From: Cyanophora paradoxa CCMP329
Taxonomy: Eukaryota; Plantae; Glaucophyta
Direction: 5' to 3'
Length of the DNA stretch: 64,000 nucleotides
Assembly: GCA_004431415.1 (NCBI GenBank)
Contig: QPMI01000435.1
Coordinates: 124,001 to 188,000 of the forward strand
Numbering within the stretch: position 1 is the stretch's first letter; every line of letters begins with the position of its first letter. A program made the translations under genes and the position numbers. The notes below the pieces were generated by a model. That model made no database searches. It had not been told where the DNA came from and was given only the letters and a program-made list of their open reading frames with translations. Of this stretch, positions 46,509-59,378 are shown piece by piece.

Positions 46509-48405
46509 TTGCGCACATAGCGGGCTGCTTGACGACCTTTTCCGACGTGCTGAACTTCGCATCGGCCTGCAAGGCGCTGCGGGCGGCCGCGGCGGCGGCT
46601 GAGGTCGCTCTGCGGGTTACGGCCGCTCGGGAGCTCGGCCCGGAGATGCTCGAGCGCAGCTTGAGCACTCTGCGCCGGTTACGCGTCAACATCGCGGCTC
46701 TTGACGCGCGCGAGACTACGCTTACAGCCGGTGACCGATACGCTTGCTTTCGATCGTTCGCGCGCGGGCGGATTATTGAAGTTCGAGCGCGCAGCGTCGC
46801 TGGAAGTCCTGGCGGGGCAGCAGCGGCTGAAGTGCCTGCTGGCGGCGGATCTGCGCGGCGGTGGCGAGATCACGCTGCCCGCGTCGCTCGAGAGCCTAGG
46901 GGGCACCACGAAGCTCCTCGTCTGCGCGGCGCCCGCGTCCCTTCGCGTCGTGGCGGCCGTGAACGCGAAGTGGGACCAGCCGCTCCTCGAGCGCCTCCGC
47001 GAGGCCGCCCGGGTTCGAGGCCCTCGCCCTTCCTCCCGCTCCCTTCGTTGTTCGCGCGCGAACGCGGCTCCCGCGCAGGGCCGCTGCCAGTTCCTCTTCC
47101 TCGGGGGCGCGCGCATGACGGAGGGCGCCCTGCGGGAGCTCCCGGCGCTCTTCGCGGAGCTGCCGGCGCTGCGGGCGGTGGACGTGACGTGCGCGGAGCA
47201 GCGGGTGGCGCGGGAGGTCCGCCGCGCGCTCGCCGCCCTCGAGCGGGACGTCCTCGTGCTGGACATGGAGTTCCAGCACGCCCGCAAGTCCTTCGACGCC
47301 CACGTCCGGCCCCACGTCGGCGCGCCCGCCTTCCGCCCTTTTGAGCTTCTTCGTCCCGCTGAGGGCCGCGGCGCGCAGGCGCGGAGGTGACGAGCCTGGC
47401 GCTGGCGGCGGCGAACGGGCACAAGCACGCGCTGCTGCATTTGGCGGCGGAACGCGGGGACGGCGAGTGCGTGCGGTGGCTCCTGCGCGCCGGCGCCAAC
47501 GCCCTCGCCAAGGACGACGCCGGCTGCACGCCCCTGGTGCGCGCGGGCCCGCTGCCGCTCCTCTGCGAGGGGAGCGAGGCGAGGGCGGCGGGGGTAGTTT
47601 GTGGCGGCGGAGGTGGGGCACGCGGGGGTCGTGGACGTGCTCGCGCGGCACGCACCGGCCTCCATCGAGAGCCGCAACCACAACCTCGAGACCCCCCTCT
47701 ACATCGCCGCCCTGTCCGCCCCCCCCCCGCCCCGCCCCGCCCCAGTGAGATTCGAGCGCGCCCTTACGGCGGCGCAGGAAGGGCCACCTGGCGGCTGTGA
47801 GGACGCTGCTGGGGCGCGGGGCGGCGGTGGACGGGTCCGACTGGAACGGCTGGTCCTGCCTCCAGGCCGCCTGCATCAACCGCAACCACCACGCCGAGGC
47901 CCGCCGCGCCCCTCCCGCCGCTGCCGTACCCCCCTCTCTGACCCCTCCTCCCCCAGGTCGTGCGCGAGCTCATCGACGGGGGCGCGGACGTCGCGGCGCC
48001 CAACCGCTACGGGACGACCGCGCTGGTGCAGTGCTGTACCCTCCGCGCTGCTCCCCCCCGGGGGGCTCGGGGCTGAGGCGGGGGCCGGGGCAGCACATCG
48101 CGGCGCGCGGGGGCTTCGGGGAGGCGGTGCGGCTGCTGGTGGACGCGGGGGCGCCCGTCGACGCCCGCGACGAGTCCGGCCACGCCCCGCTCGACCGTGC
48201 CCGCCCCTCCACAAGCCCTCTTTCTCTTCTTCTTCTTCTTCTTCGTCTCACCGGAGCGCGCGCAGTGTGCAAGTCGGAGGAGATCGCCGCTCTGCTGGTC
48301 TCCCGCGGGGCCGTCCCCGCGCCGCCCGCGCCCGCCTCGCGCTCGAAGCGGCGCCCGCGGCCCCCCGCGCCCCGCGGCGCCGGCCGCCGCAACGCCCCCG
48401 GCTAG
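46427..48405 (+). CDS. F-box/LRR-like/ankyrin-repeat protein (spliced)
   Basis: F-box LESLPLDVLAHIAGCLTTFSDVLNFASACKALR. About five ankyrin repeats (LLHLAAERGDGECVRWLLRAGAN, ETPLYIAA, GTTAL|HIAARGGFGEAVRLLVDAGAPVDARD). Confidence 0.85.
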
Positions 48406-48675
48406 GCTCTCCCGTCCCGCGACGCGTCAATGCGTGTCGCTTGTATTTGATCGTGACACGTAATGTTCGCTAGCGGCTAGCTAGCAGCACATCAGTGGTT
48501 TACGCTGGGCGACACTGCGTAGGCTACTATCGAAAGATCGAGTTCTTTGTATCGGTCGAGTACTAGTGCGGTCCTTGCCCGAAGGCCCGATATATTACAT
48601 TCCTGATATGTTACATTAGTTGCATGTCGCTGTATGATGCAGCAGTACTGTAGCTAGCGAGAGAAACGGCCGACG

Positions 48676-50062
48676 TCAGCCGAGGTGGGTGCGCAGAAAC
48701 TGCAGGGTCCAGTCCCTGCACGCGCGGGGGCCGCGGCCGGGCCGGCGTCAATTGGCCGCTGGAGGCGGGGGGCGCGGGGGGCACCAGGCGAGGAGGGCGT
48801 CGTTGGGGTTGTAGGCCGAGGACGACTCATCCTGCCCGCGCGCGTGAGTGGCGGGCGGGCCGGAGCGAGCGGCGGGCCAGCGCTGCGCTGCGCGGCGCGA
48901 GCGAGCGCACCGCGAATCCGTTCTGCGAAGCGTAGAGCTGCATCTGGCACTTGGAGGCACTGCGCGCGGCGCCGGCGTCGGCGCGCGCGGGGCCCGAGGG
49001 CTGGCGGGCGGCCGCATGCGCACGGGGTGGTGACGACGCGCTCGGAGAGCTGCGCGAGCTCCTGCGAGGGGAAGACCGACCCCGACTCTTTGTCCGCGCG
49101 CGAGATGTGCACCTGTGCCACACTGAGAGCGCGCGGCGCCGGCCGGGCGCGCGCGCCCGCCGGACCAGCGTCGGGCAGGCGAGGGCCTCGAACTTGCAGT
49201 CCGCGGGGGGCAGCGCGTAGTAGGACACGATCGCCGAGAGGGGCTGGACCGCCGACTTCGCGGCGATGCACTGCGGCGAGCTCAGCGGGCCGGAGCAGGC
49301 GGCCGGCGCGGCAGAACGGACCAGGGCCGCCTCCCCGCCGATGCCGAACCCCACGATCGCCGCGCGCTGGATCTTCTCGGCTTTCACCAGGTACTCGACG
49401 CACGCGGCCGCGTCCTCAGCCTAAACGTACGCGTGCGCGAACGCGCCCGGCCATGACCAGATTTCGAACGCGCATGCGCATGCGCAGCGAAAGTTGGGGC
49501 GCTCACCAGAAGCTCCCGCGCGCGCTCCTTGTTCCCGCCCTGGCTCTGCGCACGCCAAAACGCAACGTAGATGGCGCAACGACGCGAATCTTCAAGCGCG
49601 CACAGCGCGCCTCTGTATGACAAACTTGCGGGCTGATGGCGATGAAACCCAGGCCTGCCGGGATTCAGTGCACTCCCCGGGATTCAGTGCACTCGTGCAC
49701 TCGCCTGCAAGACGCTCGAGGGTCGTCCGCCGTGCTTCAGTGCACTCTGCGCTCGTCTTCAGTGCTCGTCTTCAACCCCCACAAGAGCGGAACGGCCGCG
49801 CTCGCGTACGCGCGGCTTCAGTGCCGCGCGAACGCGAGCGCGGACTGCGGCCGCCGAAAAGGGCGCGCGCCCTCAAGTACGACAACAGCGGAAAGCGGTG
49901 AAGACGGCTCCATGGGGGGATAAAGCACGCTGTCGATGGTCCGCTGGCCTGTCTGCGGAGGGAGCGATCAGCGCGCAGGGCTCGCGGCGGGAACGATAGC
50001 CGCGGCACCTTCACGCTCACGACGCGCGGCGTCCAGTCGCCCATCGGTGAGTCCTTCCACAT
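48676..50062 (-). CDS. Dienelactone hydrolase-family alpha/beta-hydrolase with substituted catalytic residues (spliced)
   Basis: SAVVVLEE...ERLAGLGFIAISPQV, DAAACVEYL, AIVGFGIGG, AIVSYY, LYASQNGF and YNPNDALLAWDWTLQFLRTHLG*. Confidence 0.75.
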
Positions 50063-50352
50063 CGTGGAGCGGACAGAAGGCCAAAGTTAGCGTACCCCTA
50101 TCCACAAGCTACTGCTTAGCTGCAAGCGGCGGCGTTGGAAGCGCGCGGCTTTGCGGGGCCGAGGAACGGCTTGTAGAAGAGCAGCTATAACGTCTTTGCC
50201 TCTCGGAACAGCTCGACCAGTCTTCTGGGCGGTTCCTTTTGTCAGGGGTCCGCGTCAAGCCGCGTGGGCGGCGGTCTTGCGTGAACCGCGTATCGTCGCC
50301 TCCGTCGTCCGTGGCGGTCGCTGCGGCCGCCGACAAGTGAAGGAGCCAGGCG

Positions 50353-53300
50353 ATGCTCTCGGGGTGCTTCGGACGCTCGTCGTCGAGCAAGCGAAAGTCG
50401 CCCACGAAGGAGAGAATCGCTGGTGTGGGCCCCGGAGATCCTGCGCTCGATGGATCGGCCGGCCCCTCGGCGCGAGCCTTCGGCGCGCGCGACCCGATGG
50501 AGGTCGACGTCCTCCCACAGGCTCAACCGCAGTACATGCCTCCGCAGGCTCTGAGCCAAGCACAGCCCCCGCCGCTCCCGCCGCAGCCCGCATCCTCCCA
50601 GCAGCGCCCGTATGAGTTCCAGCGGGCGGACTCGTACTCACAGGTGCCCCGGCCGATGCCGCAGCGCACTGCCAGCAACTCTAGCTTTGTGCGAGGTGAG
50701 CGTATGCATTGCGTTAGGCCCGCCGCGCAGCGGAGTGACGCCTGTTCGCTCAGCCCCCATAAGCCCCGGCACCGAGATCTTCGTCTGGGGAATGAACGAC
50801 TCGGGGTGCGCGCGCGCCCCTGCGTCTCTTGTCGCCCGACGCGGCCCCGAGACGCGCGCGCAGGCAGCTCGGCTTCGCCTCGTCGGACCTGCAGGAGTCT
50901 CCGCAGCCCCGCCTGCTGCCGACCGTGCGGGACACCGGCCTGAGCATCATCGACGCCGCCGCCGGCTCCGTCCACACCGTTCTCCTCACCGGTGCGTCTC
51001 CTTCTGCCGCCCCGCCGCACCGAAGGAGCCCGCCGGCGCTCACCGGGGGCGGCCGGGGCGCGCGCGCAGCCTCCGGGGAGGTGCACGGCTTTGGGAGCAA
51101 CGAGAACGGGCAGCTGGGGGCGGAGGCGGCCGGAGAGGAGGCGAACGCGCGGCGGGAGGTGCCCACGCCACTCCACGTCCACGCCCTCGAGTCCCAGCGC
51201 GTCCTGCAGGCCCGCCCCGCCCCCGCCGCCCCTCCGCCGCCCCTCCGCCGCCTCCGAACGCCTCGCAGGTCGCCTGCGGCGAGACGCACACAGCCGTGCT
51301 TCTCGACACGGGCGTCGTCGCCACCTGGGGCGCCGGCGAAATCGGCCAGGCGCGCCCGCCCGCCCCGCCCGCCAGCACGCCCGCCGCCCGCCCCGCGGCG
51401 CTGAGATTGGGGCGCTGCGCAGCTGGGGATCGAGGGGGCGGCGGCGACGCGGAACCCGCCGCGGATGGTGAAGTCGCTGAAGGGCAAGTTCGTCGTGCGG
51501 GTCGCCTGCGGCTCCTACCACACTCTCTTCCTCACCGCCACCGGCGAGGCGCGCGCCCCGGCGCCGCCCGCAGCCCCGCCGCGATCCGCTGAGGCGGCCG
51601 ACAGGTGTACGGGTGCGGGCAGAACAGCTACGGGCAGATCGGGACGGGGGCGAAGGACGCGAACCCGGTCTTCGTGCCGGCGCTCGCCAAGGGCCTCTGG
51701 GGCAAGCCCGTGACGGGGATCGCGGCCGGGGAGGCCCACAGCGTCTGCGTGACGGCCGGCGGGGTGGTGCACGCGTGGGGCCGCAACCGGAGCGGCCAGC
51801 TGGGGCTGGGCGACCAGGCGGACCGGACCGTGCCGACGCCCGTGCGGGACCGCGTGCTCGCCGGCGAGCGCGCCACGCACGTCGACTGCGGCGGCGACCA
51901 CAGCATCGTCGTCTGCCAGTCCGGCCGCGGTGCGCCGCCCCCGCGCCCCCCGCACCTCTTCCCCCCGGCTCAGCCGGCGCCGCAGTCTTCTGCTTCGGGT
52001 GCTCGATGGGGGGCCGGATCCGGCAGAACTCGCCGCGGCTGATGGGGGAGCTGGAGGGGCGCACGCGGGGCCGGCCGGTGGCGGGGGCGGCGGCCTCGGC
52101 GCACACGTACGCGGTGCTGACGGACCAGCGGGAGGTGTACGCCTTCACGTGCGAGATCCCCGTCCAGATCCGCCAGCTCCACGAGCTCTCCGGCCGCGGC
52201 GCCTCCGCCCTCGCCTCCGGCGCCGCCCACACCGTCTGCGTCTGCGCCTCCCCCGCCGAGCCGGCCCCGCCGGCGGCGGCGGCGGCGGGCCTCGCGGGGC
52301 CGCCCTCGCGCGCCGGCTCGCACTCGTCGGTGGCCCTCCAGCCGCCCTGGGCGCGTCTCGTGGGGCTCCCCGTGCTGGACGCCGCCAGCCTCGGCGCGCT
52401 GCTGCAGGAGGCGGCGGCGCGGCGGAGCCCCGCCGGCCTCCTGCGCGCCATGCACCAGACGCTCCCCGTGCCGGCCCTCGTCAACGGCTCGTTCCTGCGG
52501 TGCAAGCCCAACGGGGCGGCCGAACCGATGTGGGGCGGCCTCGACCTCGCCGCCGTCTCCGAGTGCGCCCGCCCGCCCGCCCGCCCGCCCGCCGGCCCGC
52601 CCGCCCGCCTGAGCCTGTGGCAGCTTCTACGTGGCGGTGATCCGGCTGGACTCGGCGGAGGCGATCCGGGCGCTCGAGTCCGACCTGGACCGGCTCCTCG
52701 CTGCGCTGGAGCCGAACGCGCGGGGGATGGACGACCCCGAGACGCTGCGCGCGCTGCTCTTCCTCCTCCACAACCCCATGCTCCTCGAGACGGCCCGCAA
52801 CGCCCAGATCCTCCGCCGCCTCTTCGAGACCATCGAGGGCCTCCCCAAGCCCGCCCAGGCCCGCCCCGCCCCGCCGCGCGCAGCCTTTCTCTCTCCGCCC
52901 TCTCTGAGCGCGCTCTTCCGGCGGCGCAGTCGCACCTGATCAACTGGTGGGCGACGTACCCCCAGGAGGCCTTCTCCCGCCTCCTCAAGGTCCCCGCCCC
53001 CCCTCCGGCTGCCCCAGCGCGGCGGGCTCGCCGACCGACGCCGGCGGCAGGTGTGCCACTCGTTCCTGAACCTGGCGTACCGCGCCGGCGTCTCCTACAA
53101 CCATCTCGACCCCGCCATCGTCTACTGCTGCAAGGCCCGCCCCCACGCGTCTCCTCCCGCCCGCCCGCCCCGATCCGATCCGAGCCGCCGGCGCAGGTGA
53201 TGCAGCTGCTGCACATGGCGAACGAGAAGGGGCGGGTGGTGCCGTACGCGCGCTTCTACAACGACCTGATCTCGCGCAAGTTCAACCTGCGGGAGGACTA

Positions 53301-55280
53301 CCCGCGGTGGCGGTCGCGGCAGTACGCGTTCGCCTTCTGCCACTACCCCTTCCTCCTCGACGTCGCCACCAAGTCCGAGGTCCTCCACGCCGAGGCCTCC
53401 CTCCAGGCCCGCCCGCACCCCCGGCCCCGGTGGCGCCGTACCCCGCCTTGACTCGCGGGGGCAGATGGAGTCGGAGATCCAGTACTCGCTGATCGACGCG
53501 CTGCGGCGGCACCAGCCCGTCTTCATGCCCTTCCTCGTCCTGGAGGTCCGGCGCCCCTACCTCATCCACGACGCCCTCAACGGCCTCCTCTCCCTCTCCC
53601 CGCGCGGTGCCGGCCCCGCCGCCCCCTCCCCGTCTACCCGCCCGGCTCACCTGTAGCCCCCTTGCAGACCTGAAGAAGCCGCTGAAGGTGGCGTTCGCGG
53701 GGGAGGAGGCGGTGGACGCGGGCGGCGTCCGCAAGGAGTTCTTCCAGCTCGTCGTCCAGGTCCGGGGCGGGCGCCCCCGGCAAACAGCGAAACGAGCTGA
53801 CGGGGGGCCGGCCGGGCCCGCTGCAGGTGATCTTCGACGCGCAGTACGGGATGTTCGTCGAGCACCCCGAGTCCCGCCACGTCTGGTGCCCGCGCCCCGC
53901 CAGGGGGGCGGGAGGGCGCGTGCAGGGCGCCGCTGACCGCCCCGCTCGCCCCGCCGGCGCAGGTTCAACGCGCACTCGTTCGAGAACGACTCCGAGTTCA
54001 TGCTCGTCGGCATCGTGCGCCCGCCCCCCGGCCGCTCTTCCCCGCCCCCGCCCCCGCCCCCTCGCCCGCCTGATCTGGGGGCAGCTGCTGGGGCTGGCGA
54101 TCTACAACGCGGTGATCCTGGACCTCCACTTCCCCCTCGTCGTCTACAAGAAGCTCATGCGCATCGCGCCCTCCCTCGAGGACCTCAAGGAGGCGCGAGC
54201 GAGCGAGCGAGCGAGAGGAGGGCTCGTAGTGGGGCCGGCGTGACGCCCGCCCCCCGCAGGTGAACCCGGCGGTGGGGAGCTCGATGCAGCAGCTGCTGGA
54301 GTACACGGGGGACGTCGAGAACGACCTCTGCCTCACCTTCGCCGTCCAGGAGGACTACTTCGGCGAGGCCCGCACCCGCCCCCTCGTTCGCCTCGCTTCG
54401 CCCTCCCCCTGACGCGCGCGCCCCCTTGCAGGTGCGGCAGCACGAGCTGAAGCCGGGCGGGGCGAGCATCCCCGTCACCGACAAGAACCGCGAGGGCGCG
54501 CCCGCGCCCCGCGCCCCCTCCTTCCGGCCTTTCCGGCCGGCCGCGCCTTTCCCCTCGCTCGGGCCGACGCGGGCGCGGGGCGCAGAGTACGTGGAGCTCT
54601 TCGTGAAGCACCGGCTGGTGACGAGCATCGCGCGCCAGTTCGAGGCCTTCGCAAAGGGCTTCCTCCTCGTCTGCGAGACCCCCGCCATGATGGCCCGCCG
54701 CCCCCGCCCCCGCCTCTCCCTCAGCTTCTGCCGCTCACGCCGCCGCGCAGCTCTTCCGGGCAGAGGAGCTGGAGGCCCTGATCTGCGGCTCGGCGGAGCT
54801 CGACTTCCGGGAGCTCGAGAAGGCGTGCCGCTACGACGGGGGGTACACCCCCGAGACCCCCGTCGTGCGCTGGTTCTGGGAGTTCGTCCACGCCATGTCC
54901 ACCGAGGAGAAGGTCCGCGGGCCCAGGCCCTTTCTCTGCTCCGCGCCGCGCCGGGCAAGACCTGACCTCGGGCCCGGGCCCGGCGCCGCAGAAAGCGCTG
55001 CTGATGTTCGCGACGGGGTCGGACCGGTCGCCCATCCGGGGCCTCGGCTCGCTGCCCTTCGTGGTGCAGCGGCAGGGCCCCGACACGGAGCGCCTCCCCA
55101 CCGCCCACACCTGCTTCAACGTCCTCATGCTCCCCGAGTACCGCACCCGCGAGCGCCTCCGCGAGAAGGTCCGCCCCGCGTTAACGTCGGGCGCGCTGCC
55201 CCGCGCCCGGCGTCTCCGGTCTCACGCCCCCGCAGCTGCTGACGGCCATCTGCAACTGCACCGGCTTCGGCCTCAAATGA
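50353..55280 (+). CDS. RCC1-repeat plus HECT E3 ubiquitin ligase (small-HERC-like), 22 introns
   Basis: RCC1 repeats (FVWGMNDSG|QLG, GSNENGQLG, VACGETHT, AWGRNRSGQLG). HECT DLKKPLKVAFAGEEAVDAGGVRKEFF and RLPTAHTCFNVLMLPEY (catalytic Cys), ending GFGLK*. Confidence 0.95.
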
Positions 55281-55593
55281 GGGGCAGGAGCGGACCGCGT
55301 CCGAGCTTGCTAGGTAGCCGTAGGGCGAGGAGGAGTGCACAGGCCCCGAGATCGTTTGATTAGACGTCAGTCGACCCGCTGCGGCTGTAGGCCAGCCGAT
55401 AAGCCAGTAGTTATAATTACTAGCCCTAGGCCCATGTATATTCATATTCCACTTGCACTGAATCCCAACGAACGGACGCTCCCAACGCCTGCGAGCGTTC
55501 AAGTGCCGGCGCCGGCGCCGTGACATCGCGTGCGAATTCGAATCATGATCAGGTGAATGTCATTGGATACGAACAAGCCGAAGCGGCGAGGGG

Positions 55594-58500
55594 CTATCTC
55601 TGCCGTCTGCTGGAGCTCGAGCCACCCTGGGGGAGGGGCCGGCCGCCCCCGCCCGGGGTGACCGCGCGGGCGCCTCCGGCGGGGGCCGGGGCGGCCTCGG
55701 CGTCCGAGGGGGGCCGCAGCTGCACGGCGGGGGCGGCGACGGCGGCGACGGGCACGGGCATGAAGGGCGGGAGGGCGACGCCGGCGCCCCCGCCGGGCCC
55801 CGCGGGGCTCACCAGCACCGTCGCCCCCGCGTTCGCCGCCGAGGCCAGCGGCGCCTGCCCAGAGGCGTACCCCTGCTCCCACTGCCGCTGCGCCGCGAAG
55901 AGGTCGCGCTCGGCCGCAGAAGAGGGCCCCGCCCGCCGCCCCTGCCCGCCCCGGCCCCGCCGCGCCGCCCCCGCCCCGCGCCGCCCGCCCTCCTCGTCCT
56001 CCTCCTCCCCCTCCCCCTCGTCCGTCTCCTCCCCCGCCACCGTCTGCGGCGGGGCGTGAGGGGGGGCGGGAGCGGCGGGGGTACGGGGTCTCGGACGCGG
56101 GCGGCGCGGGCTAGGAGGGCGGCCTGGTAGCGGTTGCGCTCGCGCTCCATCGCGAGGCGGTTGCTCAGGTACCGCCCTGCGCCCCGTCAGACGAGGGGGA
56201 GGGGCGGGGGAGGCGCGGGCGCTGGGGGCGGGCCGAGGGTGAGGACGAGGATGACGGCGGCGGCGAGCGTCGCCACCGCCGCCGAGGCCGCCAGCGCCAC
56301 CGTGATCGGGCCCCCGTACCTGGCCCCGCCGAGACCGGCCCCCCGTCGGGCCGGGCCACGGGGGGAGAGATGAAGCGGCGCAGCGCACTTGTCGGAGTTG
56401 AAGACGGTCTTCTGCTCCCAGAAGGAGAGGGGTACCGCCTCGAAGGAGCCCGACCACCAGCCGGCTGAGCAGGGGGATGGTGTTAACGGACGAGGGGGTA
56501 CGGGGCGGGAGGCGGGCGTGGCGCACTCCGGTTGCAGACGCCGCCGTTGTAGCGGTCAGGGCAGTAGGCTGCGGACCCCGGAGCGCGTTGGAGCGGGCGG
56601 GGGAAAGCGGGGCCGGCGGGGATCGAACCCTCGTTGCAGGAGTCGCCGCCCCAGGCGGGAGGGCACACGCACTGGCCCTTGACGCAGTTGCCGCGGCCGG
56701 AGCAACGCTCGGGGCACTGCGCCGGCGTCAGGGGCGGGTGTGGGGCCGATGCGGCGGGGGGGAGAAGCGCGCCTCGTGGCGGGTGATGGGGAGGTCGTCA
56801 CACATCTCCGCGTACGGGGGGCACACCAGCTCGCCCACGTACCCCGGGGGCGCCTTCGCCGGGCCCCCCGCCCACGGGCAGTCGATGGTCTGGTCCTGCA
56901 GCTGCGCCCCGCGCTCGCCGGGGGTACCGGGGGCGGGCGGGCGGGCGGGCAAGGGGGGTGGGGGGGTACCTTGACGCGGAGCTGGCCGCCCTCGCAGGAG
57001 TAGCCGAAGCAGCCCGTGTGCTGCGACGTCGCGAAGCCGTCCACCATCTGTACCCCCCGCGGCCGTCAGCGAACAGCGGGCAGCGGGGCGGGCGGGGGCA
57101 GGGGCGCGCCAGGCCCTTGGTCTCGAAGCAGCGGCAGGAGGGGCAGTAGACCTCGCCCAGAGAGTTGAGGGCGGGGGCGTTGTGCGGGCTCCGGCAGTCC
57201 GTCGTCCGCCCCGAGGAGCGCACGTTGAACGACTGGTACAGCGGGCAGAAGTCCGCGAACTCCATGCCCCCCCGGTCGTCGTCCCCGAAGTACTGGAACT
57301 CGGGGGGCACCGGCCTCCCCTTCCTCCGGTGGTTGTAGATGAAGCAGTTCGCCTGCGTCAGCCTGCGCCGGCCTCAGCCGCGGGGGGCGGGGCACAGGAG
57401 GGGGAGGAGGGGGCGGGCCGGTTGTGGGAGCAGGCGTCGTCGCCGGACTTGGTGCAGAAGTACTTGGGGTTGACGCTGACGGGGGCGCTGGGCGGGCCCG
57501 AGAGGCAGCGGTCCTGGACGAAGGCGCAGCCGGCGTTGCGGCCCCAGGCGAGGGGCTCCGAGACGGTGTAGTTGACCCAGTACCAGCCCGAGTCCTCGAA
57601 GAGGGCGAGGGTGATTGGGGAGAAGACGGGGCTGGGGGAGGCGGAGCCGGTCATGATCTCCTCGAGGAAGACGCGCTTCTCCCAGTGGGAGCCGGCGGTG
57701 GACTCGCCGCCCTGGTTCTCCAGCAGCGCCCCCGGCAGGTCCGGGCACCCGAAGTGCCGCCGCACCTCCCGCTGCACCGCCGGCGTCACCACCGCCTGCG
57801 CCGCGTCAGAGACAAACAAGGCGGGGGCGGGGCGGGGCGGGGAGAGGGGCGGGGCGGGGCGGGGCGGGGCGGGCCAGGCTGGAGCCGACGGTGCCCTTGA
57901 GGGTGACCTCCTTGACCACGTTGTCGTACCCCCTGCACCGGGGTATCCGTCAGACTCGCGCGGAGGGGCGTGGCGAGGGGCGGGCGGGGGCGGGGGCGCC
58001 TGGCGGTGCCGGTGGCGGGGTCGAGGAAGCGCTTGAAGGACTTGCTCGTGAAGCCCATCGCGTGCAGGATCTCGTGGATCGTCACCGAGACCTGCCCCCG
58101 CCCCGGCCTAGCCTCAGCGGGGCGGGGCGGGGGGCGGGGCGGGGGGTACGCGCCTGCTCCTCCCACATGTCCTCGGCGAGGGAGAGCATGTTGGGGCCGA
58201 TGTTGACGTACCCCGCCAGCGGCCGCCCGTGCTGGTCCTCCTGGCACCACTGCGCGTACGCCAGCGTGCCCCTGCGCCCCGCGGGGCTCGCCCGGGCGCC
58301 GGCGCAGTCGCAGCGCGCGGGCGGCGGCCGCACTGGTTCGTGGGGTACGTGGTGACGTAGAGGAGGTAGTCGGCGGAGACGCCGATGCCGTCTGCGGGCG
58401 GGGCTCGGGCCCGGGCGGCTGGGAGTGGTCGGGCGGGCGGGGCGGCACTGGGCTCGAGGTGCGCGTCGGGGACGATGGCCTGCCCGCACATCGTCGTCGG

Positions 58501-59247
58501 CTCGAAGGGGAAGCAGTCCGGGCAGCACGGCTGCCCCGCGTCGTTCTTCCGCCGGCAGTCCCGCTTCAGCACGAGCCGCGACTTGACGGGCACCACGGCG
58601 AAGGCTTTCTGCAGCCACTGCACCGCTGCGGTCGCGTCCGCGCGTCGGCGCTTCCGCACGCGCGGCGGGGCGGCGAGGGCGGGGGCGGCGGGCGCGAGGC
58701 GGGACGCACCGGTGGGCAGGAGTGCGCGGGTCAGGAAGGACCGCTGCTCCTCGCTCATCGACACCTGGCCCTGCGGTGCGCGGAGCGTCGGCGGCGGGCG
58801 GCGCTCGGCGGGCGCGGCGGCCGCACGGTGTCCACGTGGATGCGAATCCCGTCGTATCCCGGCGGGTACGACTCGACCACGCCGCCGGCGTCGGCCAGGC
58901 GGCGCCGGGGCAGGCCGGCTCCTGCAGCTGTGGTCAAAGCGGCGGCTCTGAGCGCGCCGGTCGGGGCGCCGGCAAGCAGAGCGAACCTGTTTCTAGCGGG
59001 TGGTTCTCGTACTCTTGGTGCGCGGTCAGAGAGTGGTGCGGGTCGAAGCCCAGGTCGACTGCCGACGTAATTTGATGTCAACCGACGACGGCCTCGGAGG
59101 CGGCGGGAAGAACGAGCGACGCGCACTCTTACGCTGCATCAAGTCCTCATGGATGCACTTGTGGTGCCCGCCGCGCGCGGTGCAAAGCTGGCTGCCTAGG
59201 AGGACGGCGAGCAGGACCGCGGCAAAGAGCCTGCATGATTCCCGCAT
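55594..59247 (-). CDS. LMLN: Leishmanolysin/GP63-like M8 metallopeptidase with signal peptide, EGF-like domain, TM helix and cytoplasmic tail
   Basis: Signal peptide MRESCRLFAAVLLAVLLG, Cys-switch HKCIH, HEILHAMGF, LENQGGESTAGSHWEKR, Met-turn EIMTG, TLALFEDSGWY, EGF-like CSGRGNCVKGQCVC and TM ITVALAASAAVATLAAAVILVL. Confidence 0.93.
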
Positions 59248-59378
59248 CACCAGCCCAGCTGTGATAAGTTGCCGCAGCGTTTCGGAGAGAGCGCTGCAGC
59301 ACACGAGTCTGGGTTTGGCCTGTACCCCTCGCCCCCATCAACCTCACGCTGGACCAGGCCGCGCAGCCGCTCCGCAAG
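59248..59378. promoter_or_regulatory. Probable compact bidirectional promoter (131 bp between divergent ATGs)
   Basis: Leishmanolysin ATG at 59247 (-) and acyl-CoA oxidase ATG at 59379 (+). Positional inference only. Confidence 0.55.
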
